Shown: positions 36,954-47,465 of the stretch, one piece after another
Layout: each line of letters starts with the position of its first letter
Numbering within the stretch: position 1 is the first letter of the stretch
Notes under the pieces: generated by a model
What the model was told of the DNA's origin: nothing
Database searches by the model: none
Seen by the model: only the letters and a program-made list of their open reading frames with translations
Made by a program: the position numbers and the translations under genes
Assembly (NCBI GenBank): GCA_052389415.1
Contig: JBQTHX010000014.1
Span: 1-64,000, forward strand
Reading direction: 5' to 3'
Length of the DNA: 64,000 bases
From: Nitrosopumilaceae archaeon
GTDB taxonomy: Archaea; Thermoproteota; Nitrososphaeria; Nitrososphaerales; Nitrosopumilaceae

Positions 36954-39113
36954 TTATTCAGAGTTTGCCATTTCTACAAATGATTCCTGTTTATAGTCAT
37001 GATTGATTTTATATATCAAAACACCAGAAAAAACTCCACTATCAATTCTATTAAAAGTTGGTGACGAATACACTAGTTGTAAAGGATCATTTTCACTTTC
37101 ATATTTGATAGTCTTATCATAGATTGCTGTATAACCAGAAACATAGTTTTGTGATTGTAGTTCTGAATTAAGATCAACGTAAGCTATTGGTATAAATGGA
37201 AACATTTTTCCTAATAGTGTATTTTCCCAAAAGTAATTTGTTGGAGTAAATCCATCATTCTCAAGGAACTGAGATTGGTTCTCACCAGCAATACGCATGA
37301 ACCATTGTTTTTTGCTTTCATCTCCTCCTCCACCTAAAATATAAAATTCTCCATCATTTGAAACAAATTTCTGTCCAACCACATAAACCAAAACATAATC
37401 AGCGTCTAATTGTTGGAGAATTTCCCATCCTTTGTCAGGACTGCTAAGCAACATTTGTGCCATAGTAACAATTCTATCTGTGGAGATTGTGGCGTTATCT
37501 GCAAGTGTAGTTCTCTCACCAAGCGTTGTTATCCAATAACCATAATCCCACCATGATGCAATCACTGAATCTTCAGGTGTGTTTAATTTGATCCATTCCA
37601 TAGAGGCAGGCCAATCATTTGTTGCCATGTTAAAGTTAGAGCCACCGTTTAGGATTGTTGGCGGTGCTTTGGTTGCAGAAATCCAGTTAACATCAGATGG
37701 AAAGACAGTGGGAGAGACAAGCAAAATGATTAACGCAGTACAATAGGAAATCTTAAAGATCTTTCCTTTTACATTATTGGACTTTTTTTCCATGATATCC
37801 TTTTTCATTATTTCTGAAATTATTACGGAAAGACCAATCGATGAGAGAATTATAACTGATATCGAGGTAAAAAGCTCTAATCTGGCAAAGGTTGCACCAG
37901 CATAGGCCCCAACAAGTCCAATAATTAATGCAAATATGGACATTTCATTTTTGATTTTGGTTGAAGACGAGCTGTTACCATTAACTACTTCCCTCCTAAA
38001 AATTAGCCATATACCTAACCCGGCAAATAATAATAATACAGATAGAAAGAAGAAATTTTGTGTAAGTGTAGGTGTTGCATGTTCTGCAACTGAATCTACA
38101 AGAGGGTCTTTTGTAGTTAAAAATGGATTTATAGCGTTAAGATAACGAAAGCTTGGTAATGAAAGGACATTAGAGGAAATTATTCCGAATCCAGCAATAA
38201 TTGATGCTCCTAAAAATGCTAAACTGTTTCTTATTACATTTACTTGCTTACTGATTTTTTGGATAAATATTAGAATGACTAGAAAAACAGTGGGTCCAAT
38301 TAAAGCAAATCCGCCGATACCAGTTAGAAAGCTAATTCCTGGTCTTGCGAATAAAGATGAAATTAAAACTGTGGTTATTACAAAGGCAGGTATACTCCAA
38401 AGAAGAAACTTGTGATCTTTTCTAAAGAATGGAAGGGAAATAATAAACAATCCTAAAGGCAATAGGAAAAACTGTATTCCTCCCCAGGAAGCAAAACCTA
38501 TAGCTAGAAACAATCCACCACCAATTAACTTCCCCAGAGCAACTTTTCGATTTTCTGATTTTAAACCGCTAAGAAATAGGTAAAGCGCTAAAAGACCATA
38601 AAATAGTCCCAGCGGTTCTGATTTGAACCAACCTAGTGTACCCCTGATGATTATAGCTGGTGACAATGCAAAGAATAACGACGCAAAAAGACCTGCGGTG
38701 GTACCACCAATTACCCTGACTAATGCAAAAATGACTATAGCTGTGAACGAACCAAAAACGACAGGAAATATTATAGTAAATTCATAGAGATTTGAATTTC
38801 CCCCAAAAATTTGATACAAAAATGCTGCTGTAAAATGCAAGGGAACTTGAGATGTTACAAACACATCCCTTCCTTGTGGATACCAACTCATATCATCATG
38901 CCAATTTACATATGCGTCTACGCCATTGTCAACAAGATATTTGGTTGCTCGATAATTGAAAAAAGGATCAAATTCATTAAGTTCAAAGCCATAATCAGCT
39001 GCTTGTGACCGAATCATTGCAGATATAGAAAATGAAATCACAAGTATACCAATAATTAACAAATGGTGTAAACGAAATTGAAATCTACCAACTGCAAATA
39101 GCTTAGAAGTCAA
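36954..39113 (-). CDS. aglB: Oligosaccharyltransferase AglB (STT3)
   Basis: EFDP, SVAEH, WWDYG, ADN, DESK motifs; many TM helices. Confidence 0.95.
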   Translation of the reverse strand: MTSKLFAVGRFQFRLHHLLIIGILVISFSISAMIRSQAADYGFELNEFDPFFNYRATKYLVDNGVDAYVNWHDDMSWYPQGRDVFVTSQVPLHFTAAFLYQIFGGNSNLYEFTIIFPVVFGSFTAIVIFALVRVIGGTTAGLFASLFFALSPAIIIRGTLGWFKSEPLGLFYGLLALYLFLSGLKSENRKVALGKLIGGGLFLAIGFASWGGIQFFLLPLGLFIISLPFFRKDHKFLLWSIPAFVITTVLISSLFARPGISFLTGIGGFALIGPTVFLVILIFIQKISKQVNVIRNSLAFLGASIIAGFGIISSNVLSLPSFRYLNAINPFLTTKDPLVDSVAEHATPTLTQNFFFLSVLLLFAGLGIWLIFRREVVNGNSSSSTKIKNEMSIFALIIGLVGAYAGATFARLELFTSISVIILSSIGLSVIISEIMKKDIMEKKSNNVKGKIFKISYCTALIILLVSPTVFPSDVNWISATKAPPTILNGGSNFNMATNDWPASMEWIKLNTPEDSVIASWWDYGYWITTLGERTTLADNATISTDRIVTMAQMLLSSPDKGWEILQQLDADYVLVYVVGQKFVSNDGEFYILGGGGDESKKQWFMRIAGENQSQFLENDGFTPTNYFWENTLLGKMFPFIPIAYVDLNSELQSQNYVSGYTAIYDKTIKYESENDPLQLVYSSPTFNRIDSGVFSGVLIYKINHDYKQESFVEMANSE

Positions 39114-39141
39114 TCATTTTTTGTGGAATTTGTTAGACTTA

Positions 39142-39801
39142 TTACTCTTTTGTGAGAATTTGTACTTCACAGGATTTTGTCATTTCTTTGAATTCTTTTG
39201 CGTCCTTTTCACTGCCAACAATAGTTCCATAATGCATAGGAATTGCAATTTTTGGTTTTATTTCCTCAATCGCATTTGCGGCTTCTTTTGCGGTCATTAC
39301 ATAAGTGCCGCTTACAGGAACCAATAAAATATCTGGTTTAAGATCAGTCATTTCTGGAATAAGGTCTGAATCACCAGTATGATAGATTGATACTCCTTGT
39401 ATAGTGATAATGAAACCTACCTTCTTGTCTTCTTTTGGGTGAAATGGTTTTTTTGTATCAGGATTAATTTTATTTATATTATAAGCAGATATGGCTTTAA
39501 TTTTGATATTGTTTATTGTCTTTTCCTCTCCAGGTGCAATTCCTACCTTGTTTTTTGATGATATGTTTAGGATTTGAGGCAAACATTCGTTTGCGGCTAC
39601 AATTATCGTTTTTTTAGATGTAGTCTTTTCTAGATCATCTAGACTCAAGTGATCAAAGTGATTGTGTGAGATTAATACTATATCAGCTGATATTGTTTTT
39701 GAAAGCTTGTATGGATCAATACAGATAGTTATTCCTTTTTCTAGCGTGAATGTATCGTGACCAAACCATCTTATTTTGGTACCGTGATATTCAAACATCA
39801 T
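39142..39801 (-). CDS. Metallo-beta-lactamase-fold hydrolase
   Basis: SHNHFDH, YHTGD, PMHYG. Confidence 0.9.
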   Translation of the reverse strand: MMFEYHGTKIRWFGHDTFTLEKGITICIDPYKLSKTISADIVLISHNHFDHLSLDDLEKTTSKKTIIVAANECLPQILNISSKNKVGIAPGEEKTINNIKIKAISAYNINKINPDTKKPFHPKEDKKVGFIITIQGVSIYHTGDSDLIPEMTDLKPDILLVPVSGTYVMTAKEAANAIEEIKPKIAIPMHYGTIVGSEKDAKEFKEMTKSCEVQILTKE

Positions 39802-39833
39802 CAAGAATTAATTTTTGATCAAGTTAAATTTTT

Positions 39834-40207
39834 CTAAGTTTCTAGAATAATTCTATCATTTGCTAGCGACAGAACGGAGCCCCCGGATTTTTTTATTCTT
39901 TTTTTAAGCTCAGAATCAATGGTGGCTACAATTCCTCTATGGATTTTTGTATATGAAACTAATGCTTCATCTACTGATTTTCCTGAGATTTTAATTTTTT
40001 TAAAATTTTTAATCAATTGTAAAGCATTAGATGATGAACTTTTTTTTTAACAGTTTTTCCTTTCGAAATTCGTTCAAGTTCTTTTATAACCAGATCTGGT
40101 ACCGTAAACTCAATTGTTCCTATCTCTGTTTCAAGGTTTGACAGGTTTTTAATATTTTTAGATGAAAGAAGCATTAAAAAACTTGTATCGCAGACAACCT
40201 CAACCAA
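39834..40207 (-). pseudogene. PIN-domain (Fcf1/Utp24-like) nuclease split by a frameshift at an A9 run
   Basis: 5' part VVCDTSFL..V..EL (40207-40049) and 3' part VDEAL..ATIDSELKKR in another frame; one extra A at 40040-40048 fuses them; conserved position after aIF-2 gamma. Confidence 0.8.
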
Positions 40208-41465
40208 CTATAACACCTGCACCAATCAATCTCCACCTTTCGGTTATCCTTCGGCTTAATGCAACCTTACCCTTCTCAAATAAGCAGACAGGTCTTTTGA
40301 ACTGTACTTCTATCTTTTCTCCCCTAACGCTTGTAACTTTGGAAAGAATCGGAGCCGTTCCTATGCTAAGTCTTAAAGATTCTCCAACTTGCACAGATGA
40401 AACTTTGATCTCATCCAGCGAACCAACAGCAGTATCAAACAGATTTACTTCGATTTTAGCTGTTGAAGAATTTTCTGGTAGAGTATCTGGTTTTCCTATT
40501 ACAGATCCTATCAACGAATCACTTCGCGTCATCGAAGGGTCAAGTGTTGTTCCAATGGCAACAAGACCACCAGGTTTAACTTCATCTACAAGACCAGCAC
40601 CAGTACCTAGAGATGCTATTTGCGTTCTTATTGATTCGTATTTGTTATTTTTTTCGTTTGCAATACCGGGTTTAATCTCAATCTCATCGCCTACTTTAAA
40701 GGAACCTTGTACAATGCTTCCTCCCATTACACCTCCTCTGATGTTCTTAATTTTTGTTCCAGGTTTATTAACATCAAAGGAACGGAGAACATGCATTACT
40801 GTGTTTTTTGATTCTTCACGTTTGGGGGTTTCAATAGTGGATTCAATTGCTCCAATCAGTGCATCAATGTTTAGTTTGGACTGAGCAGAAATTGGAATAA
40901 CAGGTGCTTTGCCTGCAGTTGTACCCTTGACAAATTTTACAATGTCATTGTGATTTGCCAAGGCATCTTCATATGTAACAAGATCAGCTTTGTTTTGCAC
41001 TAGCACGATTTGTTGGATTCCAAGCGTTTGAAGTGCAAGTAGATGTTCTTTTGTTTGTGGTTGCGGAACTTTTTCATTTGCTGCGATTACAAGCATAGCA
41101 CCATCAATTAGAGCCGAACCTGAGAGCATGTTTGCCATGAGGCTTTCATGACCAGGACTGTCTACAAAACTTACAACTCGTGATAATTCGCTTTCCTTTC
41201 CACAGTTATTACAAATTGGTGTTACAGAATACCCAAGAGGAGGTTGACAGCTTTTACATTTGTAAAACGCTGCATCAGCATATCCTACTCTGATTGTAAT
41301 CCCACGCTTTAGTTCTTCACTGTGAGCACTGGTCCATACACCTGTAAGAGCCTGTATTAGTGTTGTTTTACCATGATCAACATGTCCAGCTGTTCCAATG
41401 TTAACACATGGTTGTTGTCCATATTTTTTTATGTACCAGTCTGGAAGAGTTTCTCGCCAATGCAA
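40200..41465 (-). CDS. Translation initiation factor aIF-2 gamma
   Basis: GHVDHGKTT, RGITI, DSPGH, QNKAD, zinc knuckle, SRR...WRLIG. Confidence 0.97.
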   Translation of the reverse strand: MHWRETLPDWYIKKYGQQPCVNIGTAGHVDHGKTTLIQALTGVWTSAHSEELKRGITIRVGYADAAFYKCKSCQPPLGYSVTPICNNCGKESELSRVVSFVDSPGHESLMANMLSGSALIDGAMLVIAANEKVPQPQTKEHLLALQTLGIQQIVLVQNKADLVTYEDALANHNDIVKFVKGTTAGKAPVIPISAQSKLNIDALIGAIESTIETPKREESKNTVMHVLRSFDVNKPGTKIKNIRGGVMGGSIVQGSFKVGDEIEIKPGIANEKNNKYESIRTQIASLGTGAGLVDEVKPGGLVAIGTTLDPSMTRSDSLIGSVIGKPDTLPENSSTAKIEVNLFDTAVGSLDEIKVSSVQVGESLRLSIGTAPILSKVTSVRGEKIEVQFKRPVCLFEKGKVALSRRITERWRLIGAGVIVG

Positions 41466-41496
41466 TATTCAGCTTTTAAAAATCTCCTATGTTAAC

Positions 41497-41904
41497 TTAT
41501 CCCTTTTTTGGTTTTTCAGTTGGTTTTTCTTCAGAAGTTGTTTTTGTGGTTTCATCATTTTTTAGTTCTCCGTCTAGCACACAGTTTATTTGATAGGTTT
41601 CTTCTGTAATGATATTTCCACGAATAAGTTTTCGAAAGCGTTGTCCCTTTTCCGCATCTTGTAGACCTACTCCTTTAGAAAGCATGATGTACTTTCGTGC
41701 TCCTCCATGTATATCGGCCCTTAGAGGAACACCAGATTTGTCACTTCCGCCGGTTATTCTCATCTTTCCTGACTGCCCGATTATAGCTGCGTCAACTTCA
41801 GTCCCTATTTGCAAACCTACTAATGGATTTGCATCCTTTTCTTTTAGTTCTCTTGATGTTGATTTCCCATTTTTGTCAGATATTGTAATCTTAAAGGTAG
41901 CCAA
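41497..41904 (-). CDS. rps6e: 30S ribosomal protein S6e
   Basis: ITGGSDKSG.P, G.R.RK.IRGN.I...YQIN. Confidence 0.95.
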   Translation of the reverse strand: MATFKITISDKNGKSTSRELKEKDANPLVGLQIGTEVDAAIIGQSGKMRITGGSDKSGVPLRADIHGGARKYIMLSKGVGLQDAEKGQRFRKLIRGNIITEETYQINCVLDGELKNDETTKTTSEEKPTEKPKKG

Positions 41905-41982
41905 GCATTTTGAAAAAGTCTGAAGACTATTAATTAATCTTTGTACATAATGCTTTAAAATAATTGTTCTTAAAACAAAATC

Positions 41983-42102
41983 ATGGAAGAGATCAAATGT
42001 CCAAAATGCGAAAAGTCGATGATTTCAATGCAATCATGTCACATGTTTTGCACAAACTGCGGATCACATCTTGATTGTTCTGACAAGGGTAGTTTTTGGT
42101 AA
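41983..42102 (+). CDS. 39-aa zinc-finger micro-protein (not in ORF track)
   Basis: MEEIKCPKCEKSMISMQSCHMFCTNCGSHLDCSDKGSFW*; TTTAAA box ~25 nt upstream. Confidence 0.8.
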   Translation: MEEIKCPKCEKSMISMQSCHMFCTNCGSHLDCSDKGSFW

Positions 42103-42103
42103 A

Positions 42104-42277
42104 TTAAAATCCTGATCTGTCAGGATTAAAATTTGTAACCAACTCGCCAACTTTCTCTTTCATGATTTCTAAATAATCATCATATGTTGCTTCAAAAGCA
42201 CATTTAGAACATTTAACCTTAGTCATGTCACTGTCTAGTATAGCAATGTTTTCACATTGTGGACATTTTGCATCCAT
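42104..42277 (-). CDS. 57-aa zinc-ribbon micro-protein (not in ORF track)
   Basis: MDAKCPQCENIAILDSDMTKVKCSKCAFEATYDDYLEIMKEKVGELVTNFNPDRSGF*; TATA-like box near 42300. Confidence 0.8.
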   Translation of the reverse strand: MDAKCPQCENIAILDSDMTKVKCSKCAFEATYDDYLEIMKEKVGELVTNFNPDRSGF

Positions 42278-42328
42278 GAATTCTTTTAGTAATTAGACTA
42301 TATATTGTTAGATCCAAAGTTTGAATGT

Positions 42329-42402
42329 GCGGAGTTAGTCCAGCCCGGCACGACGTCAGCTTCCCAAGCTGAAGGCCGCGGGTTCAAATCCCGCACTCCG
42401 CA
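42329..42402 (+). tRNA. tRNA-Gly (anticodon CCC)
   Basis: GCGGAGT/ACTCCGC acceptor, TCAGC-TT-CCC-AA-GCTGA, GCGGG-TTCAAAT-CCCGC. Confidence 0.96.
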
Positions 42403-42419
42403 TTTAATTATAATAAAAC

Positions 42420-42827
42420 TCACAACCTTAGTTTTTTTGCAATTTGATCAAGTTCATCATTTGTAAGATGAAATTTCTTTCTGAACATACTATGTACCGA
42501 ACCTGCATCATCGTCAGGAGTTCTAGGTATTATATGAACATGAACATGAGGAATCTCTTGTCCACTATCTTTTCCATTATGAATAGCTATAAGAGAAGAA
42601 GAAAATATATCTTCTATTTTTTTTGTAAGAACTCTTACTAATTCAAATAAATCTGTATTATCATCTTTATTCATCTCTTGAATCTTTGAGTAGTGATTTT
42701 TTGGAATAACTATTGAATGACCTTTTGTTAAAGGAAATGTATCCAGAAATGCTAATGATCTTTCCGTTTCCATTATTTTTCGTGCTGGAATTTTTTCTGA
42801 TATGATATCACAAAAAATGCATCCCAT
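42420..42827 (-). CDS. HIT-family nucleotide hydrolase
   Basis: CIFC start, GHSIVIPK, HVHVHIIPR. Confidence 0.95.
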   Translation of the reverse strand: MGCIFCDIISEKIPARKIMETERSLAFLDTFPLTKGHSIVIPKNHYSKIQEMNKDDNTDLFELVRVLTKKIEDIFSSSLIAIHNGKDSGQEIPHVHVHIIPRTPDDDAGSVHSMFRKKFHLTNDELDQIAKKLRL

Positions 42828-42871
42828 GAATGATTATTCAGCAAAGCACTGTAAAACCTTTCTATAGAAAA

Positions 42872-43822
42872 TTAAAGTTCTCTTATTGCTTCAAGTATGT
42901 CGGTTTTGTCGGTTGCATTAGGCATCTGGTTCAAATAATTAATGAAATCTTCCTTTGCTTCAATTTTCTTGTTTTGTTCTAATCTTGCCAACCCACGATT
43001 TTTATAAATTGGGCCAAATCGATTGGGGTTTATTTCAATTGCCTTTGAATAAAATTTTTCAGCGTTTGGAAAATCTTTCGTTTTTAGAAAGTAGTTACCA
43101 AGACCACGATATCCTAGATAACATGATTCGTTGTTTTCAATGCTTTTTTGATAGTATTTAATTGCCTCCGGAGAACTTTGGTCATTTAACATACCACCTA
43201 CAAGACAAAATGCGGTAGAGTTTGTCGGATCTATTTCAAGTGCTTTTTTTAATGCATTCATTGCTTCATCAGGTTTTTTCTGCAAACGTAATTTTTCAGA
43301 TAGAAAGCAGAGTCTGTTTGATTTTTCCTTTTTTATGTTTTCAAGGTGCAACTTAGAAAGAATGTCAGATGGCGCAATGAGAAGCATCAATCTACCGTCT
43401 TCTGACCATTGTAGATCAAATTTTTTTTCTGGAATCACTCCAATAGTATCGGGTTGCGGAAAATAATGAATTATTGTTCCTTCTGTTTCATCGTATCCTG
43501 AGATAATGGAGGCATGTTGCACAGTATCTTGTATACCGGGAAGAATAACAATTGGCGGAATTCCTGTATCAATTATTTTCTTTAGTTCTTTGATAGAAGA
43601 ACTTAAGATTAAACTTGACAAACCTTGTCTTTCTGCCAGTTCAATTCCCTCGATCATTATGCTTCCTTTCATGTTTGGATATTTTTTTGAGATCTCTTTT
43701 GCTTCTGAAAATGGCAAATCAACTCCCCAATATTTGGAAACAACTGTGACTACAAGAGGCAGACAAGTATTTTCTTCGTCTTCTTCTATAATAGGAAGAA
43801 AAAGCACATGTTCTGATTCCAA
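42872..43822 (-). CDS. C39-like cysteine peptidase domain fused to TPR repeats
   Basis: ENTCLP (Cys), PPIVIL, HASIISGYD (His); C-terminal TPRs (KALEIDP, KAIEINP). Confidence 0.75.
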   Translation of the reverse strand: MESEHVLFLPIIEEDEENTCLPLVVTVVSKYWGVDLPFSEAKEISKKYPNMKGSIMIEGIELAERQGLSSLILSSSIKELKKIIDTGIPPIVILPGIQDTVQHASIISGYDETEGTIIHYFPQPDTIGVIPEKKFDLQWSEDGRLMLLIAPSDILSKLHLENIKKEKSNRLCFLSEKLRLQKKPDEAMNALKKALEIDPTNSTAFCLVGGMLNDQSSPEAIKYYQKSIENNESCYLGYRGLGNYFLKTKDFPNAEKFYSKAIEINPNRFGPIYKNRGLARLEQNKKIEAKEDFINYLNQMPNATDKTDILEAIREL

Positions 43823-43856
43823 GGATTCTGATATCCAATGATAGATATTAAAACCA

Positions 43857-44399
43857 TCAAATAAAAAGGAATTTTTCTAAGAGATTTTTTCCATCAGTGC
43901 TCATTTCTGGATGAAATTGAGTTCCAAAGATATTCAAATTTTTATATTGTATTATTTCAAAATCACAAACATCAGATCTAGCAACTTGCACAAATAGAGG
44001 ATCTATTTTTGATATTAAATAGGAATGGCTTTCAAATACGTTAATTTTTCCACTGCAAAGAGGATTTGTTTTTAGAATCTCTATTTCCTGATTTCCCTTA
44101 TGTATCAGATCCATTTTCTTGAGAGTACCTCCCAACGTTAAAGCAAGAATTTCAGATCCATAACAGATTCCAAGCAAAGATTTCATCTCAGAAACAGCGT
44201 GTTTGATTATTTTTGAATTAACTGCATTCATTAGAGGATTGTTTTTTCGTCTTCCTGAGAGAATAAATGATGAATATTCAGATAATTCAGAAAGATTAAT
44301 TTTATCAAAAGTGATGGTTTTATGATTTGTCTTTCTCTCAATTAGAAAATTTAGTAATGATTTTGTATAAACAGATCCATTATCCATAACTAATAACAT
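43857..44399 (-). CDS. Class I glutamine amidotransferase (stand-alone)
   Basis: DNGS, LGICYG, ESH, GTQFHPE. Confidence 0.88.
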   Translation of the reverse strand: MLLVMDNGSVYTKSLLNFLIERKTNHKTITFDKINLSELSEYSSFILSGRRKNNPLMNAVNSKIIKHAVSEMKSLLGICYGSEILALTLGGTLKKMDLIHKGNQEIEILKTNPLCSGKINVFESHSYLISKIDPLFVQVARSDVCDFEIIQYKNLNIFGTQFHPEMSTDGKNLLEKFLFI

Positions 44400-44541
44400 A
44401 TTTTAATATAGTTTGTAAGGTATATTGATATATTCTATTTTTTGTTCTATGGAAAAATAGTTTTAAAGTTCAGTTATTAATTATTGCAGTCACTTGTAAT
44501 TGATATTATTGATGAAGTGTAATTATTTTCCTTAAATTCAG

Positions 44542-47382
44542 TTATCCAACTTCTATTGATATATAGTGTAATTCTGGTATATTTTCTATAATCACAATAG
44601 AACCAAAGTTAATCGTATTGTCCTTCTCCCAAACAATTACTCTATCACTTCTTGGTTTTACAAAATTCTCTACAAAGCTTGAAATTAGTTTTTTCGTCTC
44701 TTCTAGATCAGATTCTTGGAAGAAGGAAATTTTACCTTCTTCAAATGATAATGGAATTTGTACTGATGTAGGACTAATAATTTCGAGATTTTGTTCTTCA
44801 AATATTGATTTTAATGTAGATATACGTGAATCTCTATCAAGTTCTACGTATCCTCCTTCAGGTGGTTTAACTCCAGAAAGTTTTGAGAGATATGCTTCAA
44901 ATGCTTGTTGAGGAGTATTTCCCATTCCAACATAATAATCACCATCAAAAGCAGCTCCTACAGCTGCTATTGTTCCTAGTTGAGTAACAACTCCTCCCGA
45001 ACCAGCAGTATACACTGGAATAAAATAGACATCATGATCACCAATTCTATACAGAATGTTGTCTCCGATTCGAGGATTTCTAAGTAACGTCTTTAGTTGA
45101 GCAAAATCAGGATCTCTGTCCAATGCTTCATTAACAGCCGAAGGACCTAACAGTACGGTTTCAGAATCAAGCGGTACTTCATAAAATTGTAGTTTCCCCA
45201 AGTTTTTCAGATCATTTTCTACTACCATGAAACCTGCTAGGTTTCGCCCTTCTGAGCCGCTTAACTCAAGAGAAAGTAATCCAACAAATTCACTCGTATC
45301 AAATCCTGGAGGTTTTGCTTGTATGTAATATGCACTCTGTCCTTTTGGAACTTCATAGAATTCCTTTGCTTGTATAAATGTAGAAATGTCTTTAACATGA
45401 TATATGTTGTACATCTGAACCTTCCAGTTGAACAATTCCTCAGGATATCGTATTTGTTTTTCAAGCCACTCAGGAATTTCAATAAACTTATCTTTGTATT
45501 GATTTACAAACATATCCGTGAAAAAATCATCTCCTGTTTTTATCAGAGAGATGTTACCATTATAGACATCAACTAATGCATATCCTACTAGCCTGAGATA
45601 TGGATTGCCAACAGTCCACGGTATGTTATGTGTATCAAATCCCACTATCAAAGGAATCAACCAATATGTTTTCTCGCCATCTGTGACTGGTAGAGCATCA
45701 ACTTCTCTACCAAAGAGATCATATTGAAAATAAGGATAAAGTGTTTGCATTCTTTCATGAATATCTCTGAATCGCATTATGTGTATTGGCTCTGTTGGAT
45801 AAGAAAGCAAAAAGTTTGGTTCAAAGATCTGGCTTAACGGGGGTACAACATCTAATCCGCCTTCCCCATTATATCTAGCGTTATTAAGTTCATCAGTTTG
45901 GTCACCTCTATTTGTTGGATAAGCAGACCATGTATCTTGAAAAAGACCACCTTCCCCATAATATATTGATCTTTGTTTAAAGATTCTACTACTATCAATT
46001 ATTGTACCGTTACTTGCTTCAAGTGTAAGAAATCCGTTAGGAACGTGCGTATAAACAAGATGTTCATTATACCATCTATTTTCTGCACTTACTGATGAGG
46101 GAAGAATAGGTTTCATTGATGCTGTCCAATATAGATTGTCATTAAATCTTAGAATATCGTTATCTTCAAAATCAACATATGGTATTAGACCAATTTCTGG
46201 TTTTAGTTTTGCAAATGCAGCATCCCAATCCCAGACTCTTACGTTATCAAGAGATTCCTTGTTTTGTAATATGTAATTTTTTATGTTGCTTGGCGGAACA
46301 GATTCTAGTTTTACGTTATGTGTACTGCTCTGTATTTGATCAAGTTGACCAACATATTGGTTTATTCCAATCTGTTGGGCTTTGTATGGACCAAGATATT
46401 CAATTTTTCTTGCATCAGCAATACTGTGATTGACAGCTATTATAGAACCTGCAACTACACCAATAGCAAGAATTGTTAAGACACGTATGTAGATATCTCT
46501 CTTTGAGGGTTGGATAATTACTCTTGAACGATATTTGTCTACGAAATAAAATGCGATCAGGCTTATTCCTGCTGCAAGTGTTCCACCAATTGCATATCTT
46601 GTGTTGTAATCAATCTGGTCTGTGAAGAACATGTTAATGCCAGCCCACAATATACCGATCCCTATTATTCCTTCAATGGTTGAAATGTAGTCAAGGAATC
46701 TTGGTTTTCCTTTTGAAGCGTCGTGCAAGTAGTTAGTTACCACTTTAATTATAGAATGTAATCCAAGATACAATACTAATCGGATACCAATTGCAGCAAG
46801 GATAGGTGGAACTAAAATGGTTAGCGTTGGGATCATTGGAACGATTAGATTTGTGGCGTAGGTTGAATCTGTAGGAGGTGTAGTAAACGGAAGTGAAAAT
46901 AATCCCCAGATACTTTCAACACCCAGATCATTTCCATCTAACAAATATTGTATTGCAAAACCAAACATCAGATTGCTAAAAAGTGCTCCAAAGAGTAGCA
47001 CCTTAGTTATTTGCCAGATTACAAAATTAGGGATGCTTAGTTTGTACTCTTGAAAATTTGGTATATTTGCAGATATAGAATTACTGTCTCCTTTTTTTAA
47101 GAAGTTTATTGCTGTGTGAATCGCATACCACGCTATCGAGGATCGATTTTTAATGTTTACCCTAATCAATGTGATCGAGGCTAATATCAGTGAGGAGAGG
47201 ATGGAAAAGTACAGAGGTTTTGTGAAGAGGTCGTCAAACTCATTTACATTCATAAATAACCAAACTGCCTGGTTACCGACTACACCAAAGATTACTATGG
47301 CAATGATCGCAGCAAGTCCTAAGCGTACATACCTTCCAGCATCAGGCGATTGTGGACTATCTTCAGTAGATGAGCTATACAA
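44542..47382 (-). CDS. UPF0182 family membrane protein
   Basis: N-terminal TM bundle, VRVWD, W.NEHLVYTH, IYYGE, IRYPEELF..Q...YHV. Confidence 0.88.
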   Translation of the reverse strand: MYSSSTEDSPQSPDAGRYVRLGLAAIIAIVIFGVVGNQAVWLFMNVNEFDDLFTKPLYFSILSSLILASITLIRVNIKNRSSIAWYAIHTAINFLKKGDSNSISANIPNFQEYKLSIPNFVIWQITKVLLFGALFSNLMFGFAIQYLLDGNDLGVESIWGLFSLPFTTPPTDSTYATNLIVPMIPTLTILVPPILAAIGIRLVLYLGLHSIIKVVTNYLHDASKGKPRFLDYISTIEGIIGIGILWAGINMFFTDQIDYNTRYAIGGTLAAGISLIAFYFVDKYRSRVIIQPSKRDIYIRVLTILAIGVVAGSIIAVNHSIADARKIEYLGPYKAQQIGINQYVGQLDQIQSSTHNVKLESVPPSNIKNYILQNKESLDNVRVWDWDAAFAKLKPEIGLIPYVDFEDNDILRFNDNLYWTASMKPILPSSVSAENRWYNEHLVYTHVPNGFLTLEASNGTIIDSSRIFKQRSIYYGEGGLFQDTWSAYPTNRGDQTDELNNARYNGEGGLDVVPPLSQIFEPNFLLSYPTEPIHIMRFRDIHERMQTLYPYFQYDLFGREVDALPVTDGEKTYWLIPLIVGFDTHNIPWTVGNPYLRLVGYALVDVYNGNISLIKTGDDFFTDMFVNQYKDKFIEIPEWLEKQIRYPEELFNWKVQMYNIYHVKDISTFIQAKEFYEVPKGQSAYYIQAKPPGFDTSEFVGLLSLELSGSEGRNLAGFMVVENDLKNLGKLQFYEVPLDSETVLLGPSAVNEALDRDPDFAQLKTLLRNPRIGDNILYRIGDHDVYFIPVYTAGSGGVVTQLGTIAAVGAAFDGDYYVGMGNTPQQAFEAYLSKLSGVKPPEGGYVELDRDSRISTLKSIFEEQNLEIISPTSVQIPLSFEEGKISFFQESDLEETKKLISSFVENFVKPRSDRVIVWEKDNTINFGSIVIIENIPELHYISIEVG

Positions 47383-47465
47383 AATCACGCTACCTTCATC
47401 TGTGTCAAATTAATGTCTTACCAAAAGTCCGTATACAATTTAAGGTCAAAAGAACAAAAGGTATC

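Noticed and set aside
40162-40884. 240-aa plus-strand ORF, and similar antisense ORFs such as 2728-3156, 17339-17776, 57284-57694
   Set aside because: Shadow frames opposite well-conserved genes, with no motifs of their own
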